Shown here piece after piece: positions 1 to 9,808 of a stretch of 64,000 nucleotides of DNA (position 1 is its first letter; the number at the start of each line of letters is the position of its first letter). A program made the position numbers and the translations under genes. The notes under the pieces are model-generated. The model searched no databases. It saw only the letters and a program-made list of their open reading frames with translations, and was not told the DNA's origin. Source of the stretch: Bacteroidota bacterium (lineage in GTDB: Bacteria; Bacteroidota; Bacteroidia; NS11-12g; UBA9320); NCBI GenBank assembly GCA_024679565.1, contig JAIBDD010000010.1:29396-93395 (forward strand). The letters run 5' to 3'.

Positions 1-409
1 TCACTCCTAATTTTTTGCAAAGACCTATGTATTGATTAACTTGGTCTTTGTCAACGCTATTGTTCTTGTTTTTCATTTCAAAGACTGTTGCATCTTTTAT
101 AACGCCTTTTGAAACAACTATAATCAATCCATCAATTCTCGATCTTTCATCAACATCTTTAAACACAACTTCTGTAAAGAAATGTGGAGTGCCTCCGCGA
201 CTAATTTTCAGTTCTTTAAATATGGAATCCCTGTATTCTTTTATTAATCGTACTGCAGTCAGAAAGATTGAGGTTAATGCAGCCTCATCTCCAGTCTTAA
301 GTAGCGGGATTAATCTTGCATCTTGGGCAATTATGACACCAGATTTTCGATATGATATAAAATCTTCAAATGACAGGCCAATTAGTTTGGTGAATTTCTT
401 TTTAATCAT
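1..409 (-). CDS. PD-(D/E)xK nuclease-like protein (partial, runs off the window start; not in the supplied ORF track)
   Basis: Manual translation from ATG at 409 is open to base 1: MIKKKFTKLIGLSFEDF...DARLIPLLKTGDEAALTSIF...FTEVVF...SRIDGLIIV...VFEMK...DQVNQY. It has an E...D...ExK...QxxxY restriction-endonuclease-like pattern. Confidence 0.7.
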   Translation of the reverse strand, partial: MIKKKFTKLIGLSFEDFISYRKSGVIIAQDARLIPLLKTGDEAALTSIFLTAVRLIKEYRDSIFKELKISRGGTPHFFTEVVFKDVDERSRIDGLIIVVSKGVIKDATVFEMKNKNNSVDKDQVNQYIGLCKKLGV

Positions 410-621
410 GAATTGGTTTTTCTGTTGCACAAGATACTAAAAGAAAAATTTTATTCATTGTGATTCCTGTCCAGCTCTATTTTACTAAAGAGGTATAAAC
501 GTCAAAAGTTTTATGGTTAAACCAATAACCCACATCTAAGATGTAAATTCAATGTGTACACATGTTGTCCCTAAATGAAATTATACTTTCTCTATATGGC
601 GAGCCTAGGAGAGTGTAAAAA

Positions 622-656
622 GCAATTAAAAATTAAACATTAAGCATTAAAAATTA
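622..656 (+). repeat. Degenerate heptamer tandem array (5 x NNNATTA)
   Basis: GCAATTA AAAATTA AACATTA AGCATTA AAAATTA read directly. Confidence 0.7.
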
Positions 657-683
657 GGAAATGCCTATGTTTGGTCCTTACCC

Positions 684-2102
684 ATGAAAGGTAGTTTCAA
701 CCAGTTCGTAAAACCCTTTTTTAAAGACATCCGCTTTTGGCTGTTGTTGTTCTTTGTTGTCCGGTTGATAGGTATCACCAACCCGCCGCTGGAATCTGGG
801 CATAACTGGCGACAGTCACTCACCAATATGGTGGCACGTAACTTTTATGAAGATAAAGCCGACATCCGCTACCCTACGATTGATATAGCAGGGGAGAAGT
901 CAGGAATTATGACGTCAGAGTTTCCGGTATATAATTACCTGATCTATGGTGTGTCAAAGTTGTTTGGATTCAATCATTGGACCGGCCGTTGGGTCAATCT
1001 AATCGTTTCTACCATTGGGCTCTTTTATTTCCATCAGCTGATCATCAAACTGCTCAATAAAAATATTGCCTTTTATGCCACGCTAATCACCTTAACATCG
1101 CTCTGGTTTGCCTATAGCCGCAAAATCATGCCAGATACCTTTAGTGTGTCACTCGTTTTTGTAGGATTGTATGGGGGACATGCTTACCTCAAGGAGGGTA
1201 AGTGGTTTCAGCTTGTACTGTTTTTTGTATTTACCACATTAGGCGTGCTTAGCAAAATACCGGCGCTCAGTTTATGTGCAGGTTTGGTAATTGTGCCATG
1301 GATTACTTCAGTCAAACGTGCCCGAATCTTTCATGTGGCTTTTGCTGGATTAATTGGTTTATGCTTTGTGTGGCTATGGTACTTCTATTGGTTGCCGCAC
1401 GTGTATGCTGCCTACGATTACCAATTGTTTTTCCCCAAAACCTTGCGCCAAGGTTTCCAAGAAATCAGCACGGTGTTGCCCAATCTATTTGAAAAGTTTT
1501 ATTTCTCGTCACTCAATTCCTTTGTTGCGTTTGGTTGCTTTTTGTTGGGTTTGTTCTATGTAGTCAAAGGTCGCAATCGGTTGTTACAATTGGCGTTAGT
1601 TTCAATAAGCGTCGTTTTTGTTTTTTTTATTTTAAAAACCGGCAGTGTGTTTCCAACACATAGTTATTACATCGTTCCGTTCGCACCTATTATGGCATTG
1701 GTTGCAGCGTGTTTTTTAGCAGAGCTGCCAAAAAATATTGGTTACGTTATACTTGGTGTTGTCGTTATTGAAGGTATAGCCAACCAACAGCATGATTTTT
1801 TCTTACGTGATTCAGAATTGTATAAGCTCGAACTTGAGTCGACACTAGAAAATGTTGTACCCAACGATAATCTTGTAATTATAAATGGGGGCACAACACC
1901 ACAAAACATGTATTTCGCTCACCGCAAGGGTTGGGCCATACGAAACTCGGAGGTGAATGTCAAGTTTGTTGATTCATTGCATCAATTGGGAGCGGAGTAT
2001 TTGATTATTGATAAACATCAAACTAACGTACGTGAATTACAGTATAAGGTGGTTTTGAGGTCGGAGCATTATTATGTTTATGGGTTGTCAATTGATAATT
2101 GA
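684..2102 (+). CDS. ArnT/PMT-like (GT-C fold) membrane glycosyltransferase
   Basis: 472 aa polytopic membrane protein with N-terminal H-x-W-R-Q motif, EFPVY, 'SRKIMPD' and 'K-IP' motifs; TATGTTTG -7 box at 666-673. Confidence 0.7.
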   Translation: MKGSFNQFVKPFFKDIRFWLLLFFVVRLIGITNPPLESGHNWRQSLTNMVARNFYEDKADIRYPTIDIAGEKSGIMTSEFPVYNYLIYGVSKLFGFNHWTGRWVNLIVSTIGLFYFHQLIIKLLNKNIAFYATLITLTSLWFAYSRKIMPDTFSVSLVFVGLYGGHAYLKEGKWFQLVLFFVFTTLGVLSKIPALSLCAGLVIVPWITSVKRARIFHVAFAGLIGLCFVWLWYFYWLPHVYAAYDYQLFFPKTLRQGFQEISTVLPNLFEKFYFSSLNSFVAFGCFLLGLFYVVKGRNRLLQLALVSISVVFVFFILKTGSVFPTHSYYIVPFAPIMALVAACFLAELPKNIGYVILGVVVIEGIANQQHDFFLRDSELYKLELESTLENVVPNDNLVIINGGTTPQNMYFAHRKGWAIRNSEVNVKFVDSLHQLGAEYLIIDKHQTNVRELQYKVVLRSEHYYVYGLSIDN

Positions 2103-2130
2103 CAATTGAGAGTTGAGATGTGGGAATGTG
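2089..2130 (+). repeat. Degenerate heptamer tandem array (NANTTGA)
   Basis: CAATTGA TAATTGA CAATTGA GAGTTGA, then degenerate units; overlaps the stop codon of the glycosyltransferase gene. Confidence 0.6.
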
Positions 2131-2140
2131 ATTTAAACCG

Positions 2141-2352
2141 CTTATCTGTCATTGAATAAGAGCGAGGCCTGCCAAAAATGGGGGGCGGCGATGGGTGGAG
2201 CGAAGGGAGTCATATTTTTGGGAAGACTTTTTGTTTAGTTTTTGGTCTCAAAAATGAAAATCGGTTATAGGCTGATAAGCCTAAGCGAGTAAAAACTAAG
2301 TCATCCCGATAACAATCAGGAAAGCCAAGGTTAAAGGGGTGGCAACCCCTTA
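2141..2352. other. Multi-hairpin intergenic element (REP/MITE-like or structured RNA)
   Basis: Stems at 2172-2179/2214-2221, 2235-2243/2291-2299, 2268-2283, 2304-2321 (one mismatch) and 2334-2351. Confidence 0.4.
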
Positions 2353-2395
2353 TAGAAAAAATAAATATTTATTTAAAATATTTCTAATAAATTTT

Positions 2396-2403
2396 TACCT
2401 TTG
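2396..2403 (+). promoter_or_regulatory. Bacteroidota primary-sigma -7 element for tRNA-Leu/tig
   Basis: TACCTTTG matches TAnnTTTG, 20 nt upstream of the tRNA. Confidence 0.7.
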
Positions 2404-2423
2404 CGACCCTTAAAAATAACACT

Positions 2424-2505
2424 GCGGGTGTGGTGAAATTGGTAGACACGCTAGACTTAGGATCTAGTGCTTAACCGCGTGAAGGTTCGAGTCCTTTCAC
2501 CCGCA
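2424..2505 (+). tRNA. tRNA-Leu(TAG)
   Basis: GCGGGTG/CACCCGC acceptor stem, D-loop TGGTAGAC, anticodon arm CTAGA-CTTAGGA-TCTAG, long variable arm, GGTTCGAGTCC T-arm; no encoded CCA. Confidence 0.97.
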
Positions 2506-2549
2506 CTTTTTTTCTTAACACAACTCAACTTTAACTATTTCATTAAGAC

Positions 2550-3932
2550 GTGAACGTAACATTTGAAGAAAAAGACGCTTTGAATGCGTTGCTAACGATT
2601 GAGCTAAATCCAGCGGATTATCAACCAAAAGTAGACGCAGAATTAAAGAAGTATCGCACCCGTGCAAACATTCCTGGTTTTAGACCTGGTAAAGCACCAA
2701 TGGGCGTAATCAAAAAAATGGTTGGACCATCTATGCTTGTTGACGAAATCAACAAACTGGCTAGTGAGTCTTTGTTTAAACATCTTGAGGATAATAAGAT
2801 TGACGTGTTAGGTCAGCCTTTGGCTTCTGATGACCAGAGCGATATGGACTTCGAAAATCCTAGTGACTTTACTTTTAAATTTGACCTAGGTTTAGCACCG
2901 AAGTTTGATTTAAACATCAGCGCAAAAGACAAGTTAAGCCGTTACCAAATTACTATTCCTGAAGACGAAGTAGAAAAGGAAGTGGACAACAACTTGCGTC
3001 GTTTTGGTAAAATGTTGGAAATCGACAAAACGGAAGGCGATCAAGATACGGTAAAAGGTATTTTAACTGAGCTCGACAAAAAAGGTGAATCTTTTGAGGG
3101 AGGAGTAGCAGAAAAAGAATCTACGGTTTTATTAGAAATGGTAAAACACAAGCCAACGCAAAAGGCACTTATTGGTAAAAAAGTAGGTGATGTTGTTAAC
3201 GTTGACATTTTTAAATTCTTTAACGATAACGAAAAAGTGTTGGCCAGCACGGTTGAACTTCCAGCAGAAGGCATAAAGGATTTAAATAAAGACTTCAAGT
3301 TAGAAATCACTGAAGTTAAAAGATTCGAAAAAGCGACCTTAGGTCAAGATCTATACGATCAGGTTTTAGGTAAAGACACCGTTAAAACTGAAGACGAGTT
3401 TAAGGCCAAGTTGTCTGAAAACATCGAACAGTACTATAAATCTGAGGCAGAGAATCAGTTGGATCACTCTGTGTCACATCTTATTTCTGACAAACATGAA
3501 TCAATCAGCTTGCCAGACGCATTCTTGAAGCGTTGGTTGGTTAAAACATATCCAGACAATTACAATACGGAAAACATTGACGAATTGTACGGTAAGGAGT
3601 CAGACCAATTACGTCGCCAGTTAATCATGGAGAAGGTAGTTGCTGAGTTTAAATTGGAAGTAACACAAGAAGACGTTAACCAAATTTCTGTAGGTTATAC
3701 GGCTCAAATGTTACGTCAGTATGGTATGAACAATCCTGACTTGGAAACTATTCGATACTTCGAAGAGAAAAACAAGGAAGATAAAAACTACATGCGTAAG
3801 ATTGGCGATATCGCTATCGACCGTAAAGTTACAGATCACGTAAAAACGATGATCACTGTTAAAGACAAAAAAATCGCGTTAGACGCTTTCTATAAAATGA
3901 TTGAGAAACACAATCATGAACATAATCACTAG
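2550..3932 (+). CDS. tig: Trigger factor
   Basis: GFRPGKAP ribosome-binding signature; tRNA-Leu-tig-clpP-clpX order; GTG start. Confidence 0.95.
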   Translation: MNVTFEEKDALNALLTIELNPADYQPKVDAELKKYRTRANIPGFRPGKAPMGVIKKMVGPSMLVDEINKLASESLFKHLEDNKIDVLGQPLASDDQSDMDFENPSDFTFKFDLGLAPKFDLNISAKDKLSRYQITIPEDEVEKEVDNNLRRFGKMLEIDKTEGDQDTVKGILTELDKKGESFEGGVAEKESTVLLEMVKHKPTQKALIGKKVGDVVNVDIFKFFNDNEKVLASTVELPAEGIKDLNKDFKLEITEVKRFEKATLGQDLYDQVLGKDTVKTEDEFKAKLSENIEQYYKSEAENQLDHSVSHLISDKHESISLPDAFLKRWLVKTYPDNYNTENIDELYGKESDQLRRQLIMEKVVAEFKLEVTQEDVNQISVGYTAQMLRQYGMNNPDLETIRYFEEKNKEDKNYMRKIGDIAIDRKVTDHVKTMITVKDKKIALDAFYKMIEKHNHEHNH

Positions 3933-4063
3933 GCATTTGTTTTTTATCTAAAACAACGCCTTTTTGTAGACTGTTCAGTTGACCATCAATTGTCTATTTT
4001 TTCAGATAAGCGCACTGTGCTTTAATGAAAAAAAATACGTTGTTTTGGTAAAAATTATATACT

Positions 4064-4753
4064 ATGGATTACGGTAAAGAGTTTAAAAAATACGCTACAC
4101 AACATATGGGGATGAATAGCATGCATGTAGATCACTACATCGAAAGCAGCATGCAACCAATTGGTTTAACCCCAAATATTATTGAAGAACGACAACTAAA
4201 TGTTGCTTCAATGGATATCTTCTCTCGATTAATGATGGATCGCATCATCTTTTTAGGTGTTCCTATCAACGATCAAGTTGCCAATATCATTATGGGTCAA
4301 TTGTTGTTCTTAGATTCAACAGATCCTAACAGAGATATTCAGATTTACATTAATAGCCCAGGTGGTTCTGTATACGCAGGTTTAGGTATTTATGATACCA
4401 TGCAGTACATCAATTCTGATGTAGCGACAATATGTACAGGTATCGCTGCAAGTATGGCTGCCGTATTATTATGTGCAGGCACAACAGGTAAGCGTACAGC
4501 GCTGAAGCATTCACGTACTATGATTCACCAGCCTTTGGGTGGTGCACAAGGTCAGGCAACTGATATGGAGATAACAGTGAATGAAATCAAGAAGCTGAAG
4601 AAAGAGTTATACGACATCATTGCACATCACAGTGGTCAAACGTTCAAGAAAGTATCTGCAGATTCTGACAGAGATTACTGGATGACTTCCGACGAAGCAA
4701 AGAAATATGGTATGGTTGACGACATACTGATGCGCGCAAAACCTAAATCATAA
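4064..4753 (+). CDS. clpP: ATP-dependent Clp protease proteolytic subunit
   Basis: [21 protein letters not shown] (catalytic Ser), MIHQP, DRDYWM. Confidence 0.98.
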   Translation: MDYGKEFKKYATQHMGMNSMHVDHYIESSMQPIGLTPNIIEERQLNVASMDIFSRLMMDRIIFLGVPINDQVANIIMGQLLFLDSTDPNRDIQIYINSPGGSVYAGLGIYDTMQYINSDVATICTGIAASMAAVLLCAGTTGKRTALKHSRTMIHQPLGGAQGQATDMEITVNEIKKLKKELYDIIAHHSGQTFKKVSADSDRDYWMTSDEAKKYGMVDDILMRAKPKS

Positions 4754-4758
4754 GTAAA

Positions 4759-5997
4759 ATGAGCAAAGACGATATCATTTGTTCGTTTTGTGGTAGAAAA
4801 AGCGGAGAGGTTGGCCTCTTGGTTTCTGGTATCGATGCACACATTTGTAATGAGTGCATCGAGCAAGGCCATCGTATTTTAGGCGAGGAAGAATCTCACA
4901 AAAAGAAGATTGGCGAGAAGAGCGGATTTAAAGTTGACCTTCTCAAACCAAAAGAAATTACCACCCATCTTAACGAGTATGTAATCGGTCAAGACGATGC
5001 AAAAAAAGTGTTGTCTGTAGCGGTGTATAACCATTACAAAAGACTGATGGCAACAAAAAAGAACGATCAAGATGATGTAGACATCGAAAAGTCGAACATC
5101 TTGATGGTTGGGCAAACTGGTACTGGTAAAACATTGATTGCTAAAACCTTAGCACGAGTTTTGAAGGTTCCTTTTTGTATTGCCGATGCAACCGTTCTAA
5201 CAGAAGCAGGTTATGTGGGTGAAGACGTAGAGAGCATTATTACACGGCTTCTTCAAGCTTCAGATTATGATGTGGAAGCTGCGGAGCGTGGCATCGTATA
5301 TATCGATGAAATGGATAAAATCACCCGTAAAAGTGATAACCCAAGCATCACACGTGATGTAAGTGGTGAAGGCGTTCAGCAAGGTTTGTTGAAGTTGTTG
5401 GAAGGTACCATAACCAATGTGCCGCCACAAGGTGGACGTAAACACCCAGACCAAAAATACATTGCCGTAGATACACGCAATATTTTGTTTATCTGTGGAG
5501 GTGCTTTTGAGGGTATTGAATCAATTATTCAAAGACGTGTGGCTACTTCTAAAGTTGGCTTTAAGAAAAAATCGGAGCAGTTGGTTACCAACGATCGTGA
5601 TCATATATTACAATTCTTGTCACCTTTTGATTTACGAAGTTTTGGTTTAATTCCTGAAATTATTGGAAGACTTCCGGTACTCACCAATTTAGAGGCGTTG
5701 GATAGAGATGCATTGTTGCAGATTTTGACAAAGCCTAAAAATGCGTTGGTGAAGCAGTATCAACGTTTGTTTGAGCTTGAAGGTAAAACCTTAGAAATGG
5801 GTGAAGACGTGCTTGATTATATCGTAGACAAAGCATTGCAATACAAGTTGGGTGCAAGAGGGCTGCGTTCTATGTGCGAAGCACTTTTGCTAGACTACAT
5901 GTATGAGTCACCTTCGGATGAGTCAACCAAGGTCATTAAGGTGTCGCTAAAGGATGCTGAAACCAAACTAAATAAGTTTCAACAACAGGCGGCCTAG
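4759..5997 (+). CDS. clpX: ATP-dependent Clp protease ATP-binding subunit
   Basis: CSFC...CNEC zinc domain, GQTGTGKT Walker [28 protein letters not shown]. Confidence 0.98.
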   Translation: MSKDDIICSFCGRKSGEVGLLVSGIDAHICNECIEQGHRILGEEESHKKKIGEKSGFKVDLLKPKEITTHLNEYVIGQDDAKKVLSVAVYNHYKRLMATKKNDQDDVDIEKSNILMVGQTGTGKTLIAKTLARVLKVPFCIADATVLTEAGYVGEDVESIITRLLQASDYDVEAAERGIVYIDEMDKITRKSDNPSITRDVSGEGVQQGLLKLLEGTITNVPPQGGRKHPDQKYIAVDTRNILFICGGAFEGIESIIQRRVATSKVGFKKKSEQLVTNDRDHILQFLSPFDLRSFGLIPEIIGRLPVLTNLEALDRDALLQILTKPKNALVKQYQRLFELEGKTLEMGEDVLDYIVDKALQYKLGARGLRSMCEALLLDYMYESPSDESTKVIKVSLKDAETKLNKFQQQAA

Positions 5998-6007
5998 TTT
6001 TCTAGGA

Positions 6008-6096
6008 AAATAGAAAACAGATAAGAGAGAATAGACTTGAATAAGTCGAAGTCGTACAACTCATTTATTCTATTATTCAGTAATTCTGTTATTCAA
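6008..6096. repeat. Heptamer array (4 x NAANAGA) facing an octamer array (4 x TWATTCNN)
   Basis: AAATAGA AAACAGA TAAGAGA GAATAGA at 6008-6035; TTATTCTA TTATTCAG TAATTCTG TTATTCAA at 6065-6096. Confidence 0.55.
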
Positions 6097-6140
6097 AAAT
6101 TAATTGCGTAGTTCGGGTACAAAGACTTTCTTTGACCTAG

Positions 6141-7496
6141 ATGATAGTTAAAAACGATTCCAAAATTATAAATGGTTGGACTTTTTATGATTGGGCAAAT
6201 TCGGTCTACAATTTAGTCATTACTTCCGTTGTATTTCCAAAGTTCTTCTTGGCTCAAACGGAGTCATTGCCAGGTTTACCAGCTAATACAGTCGAGTTTT
6301 TTGGAAGAGAATTTAATAACGTTGAGCTGTACTCATACGTTTTTTCAGTTTCGTTCATTGTCGTTTCGTTTCTTGTCCCGCTGCTAAGTGGTATTGCCGA
6401 TTACTTGGGGAATAAGAAAAGGTTTATGCAGTTCTTCTGCTATTTGGGAGCATTGTCGTGTATTTCCATGTTCTTTTTCGACGTTAACCACCTTGAAATA
6501 AGTATGTTATCTCCGTTCTTTGCCAGCATCGGTTTCTGGGGAAGCTTGGTGTTTTATAATTCTTATTTACCCGAAATCGCTACACCAGATCAGCACGATA
6601 GAATTAGTGCGAAAGGGTTTTCGTTAGGATATGTCGGAAGTATTCTGTTGCTCATATCCATCATTGTAGCACTCAAGATATTCCCTGAAGATGGTGGTCG
6701 CGTTACCCGATTAGGCTTTATTGCTGTTGGTTTGTGGTGGGCTGGTTTTGCACAATTCACCTACCTGAGATTACCAAATAACGTATACGACAAAAAGCCA
6801 GACAAAGAAAAAGGGTATATCTACAAAGGTTTCCGAGAGTTACAAAAGGTGTGGAACCAATTGACAGAACAGCCTCAATTAAAACGATTCTTATTTTCGT
6901 TTTTCATCTACAACATGGGGGTTCAAACCATCATGCTCTTAGCCGTGGTCTTTGCCGACACAGAGATCAATTGGCCAATTGATGAGGCGACTGGAGAACC
7001 TGATAAAACAGGTTTGATCGTGAGTATTATTCTGATTCAACTTGTTGCGGTTCTGGGAGCACTCGTCATGTCGCGATTGTCTAAGAAAATTGGAAACATC
7101 GCTGTAATTAAGATATCCGTAGTGTTTTGGTTCCTAATTTGCGTGAGGGCCTACTTCATAACTGAACCGGGTCAGTTTTATGTGCTAGCTGCTGGAGTAG
7201 GATTTGTAATGGGCGGAATACAATCAATGAGTAGATCTACATATTCAAAGATGCTACCTGAAACAACAGACCATGCTTCATACTTCAGTTTTTACGATGT
7301 ATTAGAAAAGATAGGCTTAATCATTGGGCCTTTTCTATTTGGTTTTGCAAACGGCCACTTAGGAGGTATGCGTAACGCAATAATTATTTTAGGTACCATA
7401 TTTATACTTGGTTTCATAAGTCTGTTTTGGGTGAAATCGGTTAAACCCAAGTCGTTTGACGGAATGAAGGCCATATCTGACACTAACTTGGTTTAA
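6141..7496 (+). CDS. MFS transporter, UMF1/ATG22-like family
   Basis: WTFYDWANS motif, about 12 TM segments, FYNSYLP, GGIQSMSRS. Confidence 0.85.
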   Translation: MIVKNDSKIINGWTFYDWANSVYNLVITSVVFPKFFLAQTESLPGLPANTVEFFGREFNNVELYSYVFSVSFIVVSFLVPLLSGIADYLGNKKRFMQFFCYLGALSCISMFFFDVNHLEISMLSPFFASIGFWGSLVFYNSYLPEIATPDQHDRISAKGFSLGYVGSILLLISIIVALKIFPEDGGRVTRLGFIAVGLWWAGFAQFTYLRLPNNVYDKKPDKEKGYIYKGFRELQKVWNQLTEQPQLKRFLFSFFIYNMGVQTIMLLAVVFADTEINWPIDEATGEPDKTGLIVSIILIQLVAVLGALVMSRLSKKIGNIAVIKISVVFWFLICVRAYFITEPGQFYVLAAGVGFVMGGIQSMSRSTYSKMLPETTDHASYFSFYDVLEKIGLIIGPFLFGFANGHLGGMRNAIIILGTIFILGFISLFWVKSVKPKSFDGMKAISDTNLV

Positions 7497-7502
7497 ACAC
7501 CT

Positions 7503-8204
7503 ATGCACCATTTCTATAGTCAAAATATCACGAATGCAGTCGTAGAGCTTAGCGAAGAGGAGAGTCGCCATTGCACTATAGTAATGCGCCTATCTGTGGG
7601 TGACGAAATACTTGTGTTTGATGGCGTTGGTAAAAAGTTGAAGTGTCGTATCACCGAAGCTAAAAAGCATGTTGTTGCCGAGGTAATTGAAGTGGAGGAA
7701 GAGGAATCCTCAGCGAAAATGGCACTTACCTTGGCTGTTAGTCCTACCAAAAGTGCTGATCGTATGGAATGGATGGTAGAGAAGCTAGTAGAAATTGGTG
7801 TATCGCACATTGTGTTTATCAAAACTGAAAAAGGAGAACGTTCTAGACTCAACGAAAAACGACTTTGGAAAAAAGCCGTTTCGGCTATGAAGCAGTCTGG
7901 AAACCTTTGGTTGCCAAAAATAGAAACTGAAGTAAAGTTTAAAGACTTTTTAGAAACTGACCAATCAAGTCAGAAATTTATAGCACACTGCTTCGATAAA
8001 TCGAAGACGATATTAGATGCCAAAGCCACTCATCCTTCTGTGACCATTTGTATAGGCCCGGAAGGAGATTTTTCCGAATCAGAAGTTAGTGCCGCAGAAG
8101 CAGCAAATTTTGTCCCATTATCCTTAGGTTTGCCAAGATATAGGACTGAAACAGCTGCTGTTGTTGCAGGTACTTTATTCAACCACTTTTACGTTACCCT
8201 ATAG
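7503..8204 (+). CDS. rsmE: 16S rRNA (uracil-1498-N3)-methyltransferase
   Basis: H...VMRL, EKLVEIG, AMKQS, IGPEGDFS, LG..YRTETA. Confidence 0.93.
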   Translation: MHHFYSQNITNAVVELSEEESRHCTIVMRLSVGDEILVFDGVGKKLKCRITEAKKHVVAEVIEVEEEESSAKMALTLAVSPTKSADRMEWMVEKLVEIGVSHIVFIKTEKGERSRLNEKRLWKKAVSAMKQSGNLWLPKIETEVKFKDFLETDQSSQKFIAHCFDKSKTILDAKATHPSVTICIGPEGDFSESEVSAAEAANFVPLSLGLPRYRTETAAVVAGTLFNHFYVTL

Positions 8205-8208
8205 TTGT

Positions 8209-8868
8209 ATGAAATATAGAATTTTCATTGTTGGATGTTTGATTTTGTTTGGGAGTAGCTCATTTACCAAACGACATTCATTTCAAATTGCTAAGGTAAA
8301 ATATAGTGGTGGGGGAGACTGGTATGCGAATCGGACTGCGTTGCCCAACCTTATTCAATTTTGCAACAACTATTTAGCCACTAACATCGACCCACAAGAC
8401 CAAGTGGTTGAACTGTCGAGTACAGATATTTACAACTATCCATTTATATACCTGACAGGCCATGGTAACGTGGTTTTCTCAGATAAAGACGTTGATAATT
8501 TGCGCAGTTATCTTGAGGCTGGAGGATTTTTACATATCGACGATAATTATGGATTAGAGAAGTACATCAGACCACAAATGAAGAAGGTTTTTCCTGAACT
8601 CGATTTTGTGGAACTTCCTTTTACCCACGACATTTATAAAAAGAAATACGAGTTCCCTAATGGCTTACCTAAAATCCACGAACATGATGGGGAATCACCC
8701 AAAGGGTATGGATTATTGTACAAAGGAAGACTGGTATGTTTTTTCGATGTAGAATGTGATTTGGGAAATGGTTGGGAAGACGCGGGTGTATACAACGATT
8801 CGGAAGAAACGCGTCAAAAAGCGTTGAAAATGGGTGCCAACTTGGTGCAGTATGCCCTAACTCACTAA
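8209..8868 (+). CDS. DUF4159 family protein
   Basis: YSGGGDWY, YPFIYLTGHG, GGFLHIDDNYG, DLGNGWED; start moved to the ATG at 8209, which gives a signal peptide. Confidence 0.8.
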   Translation: MKYRIFIVGCLILFGSSSFTKRHSFQIAKVKYSGGGDWYANRTALPNLIQFCNNYLATNIDPQDQVVELSSTDIYNYPFIYLTGHGNVVFSDKDVDNLRSYLEAGGFLHIDDNYGLEKYIRPQMKKVFPELDFVELPFTHDIYKKKYEFPNGLPKIHEHDGESPKGYGLLYKGRLVCFFDVECDLGNGWEDAGVYNDSEETRQKALKMGANLVQYALTH

Positions 8869-8871
8869 GTA

Positions 8872-9744
8872 ATGGCAGGCAAGAAACCTCTTCTGTTTGT
8901 TGTTAATCCAATTTCTGGTGGTAAATCTAAACAGCGTGTTCCAGCGCTAATCAAAAAATATCTTAACCATGCCATCTATTCGCATGAAGTATATACCTGG
9001 GAGATTATTGACGATTTACCCAATGCCATTCAAGTCTTTAAAGATAATAATGGCTATGCCGTTGTGGCGATAGGTGGAGATGGAACCATTAATGCCGTTG
9101 CTTCTTGTCTTATAGATTCCGGAGTTAAAATGGCAATAATTCCACAGGGGAGTGGAAATGGATTTGCAAGAGAATTCAAAATTTCGACAAAGATAGAGAC
9201 AGCTTTGCGTCAACTCAATACGGCAACGGAGCACGCGATAGATGTTGGCAAAATGAATGGGAAAGTATTCGTAAACGTGGCAGGCTGGGGCTTTGATGCC
9301 AAAGTGAGTCATTCTTTTGCTCAGCTCAGTAAACGTGGGTTGAAGTCGTACGCCCGAGCTATAATGAAAGATTTTGGTGGCGCAGAAAACTTGCATTTTG
9401 AGGTAAAAACGGAAGAAGGGTCTTTTGAATCTGACGGCTTTTTGTTAAGTATTGCCAATGGACGGCAATGGGGGAATAATTTCTATGTAGCGCCAAAAGC
9501 GTCATTCTCAGACGGCATATTGGATTTGGTTTTTTTGCAAAAGCCCAAAGTCTATCAAGCGCCTTATTTAGCTCTTTGTTTGTTTATGAAGTGGGATAAC
9601 GTTCTGATAACTAGGCGTCAAATAAGAAAAGCATCAATTCGGCTTAATCGAATGATTTACACGCATTTAGATGGAGAGCCAAGCGAAAAAGTGGATCAAG
9701 TGTCGGTAGAAGTTTTACCTAATGCTTTGAAAGTACTCGCTTAA
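8872..9744 (+). CDS. Diacylglycerol/lipid kinase family protein (YegS/DAGK)
   Basis: NPISG, GGDGT, PQGSGNGFA, GFDA, LDGE. Confidence 0.9.
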   Translation: MAGKKPLLFVVNPISGGKSKQRVPALIKKYLNHAIYSHEVYTWEIIDDLPNAIQVFKDNNGYAVVAIGGDGTINAVASCLIDSGVKMAIIPQGSGNGFAREFKISTKIETALRQLNTATEHAIDVGKMNGKVFVNVAGWGFDAKVSHSFAQLSKRGLKSYARAIMKDFGGAENLHFEVKTEEGSFESDGFLLSIANGRQWGNNFYVAPKASFSDGILDLVFLQKPKVYQAPYLALCLFMKWDNVLITRRQIRKASIRLNRMIYTHLDGEPSEKVDQVSVEVLPNALKVLA

Positions 9745-9808
9745 CAAAGCGGTAACCAATAGGACGAATGTCAATTGTTTCATGCAAACAATCAGACATT
9801 CAAAATCA

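Noticed and set aside
48-440. 130-aa plus-strand ORF
   Set aside because: Antisense shadow of the nuclease-like gene on the minus strand.
2424-2549. Prophage or island attachment site at tRNA-Leu
   Set aside because: No integrase and no duplicated tRNA 3' end seen; tig follows directly.
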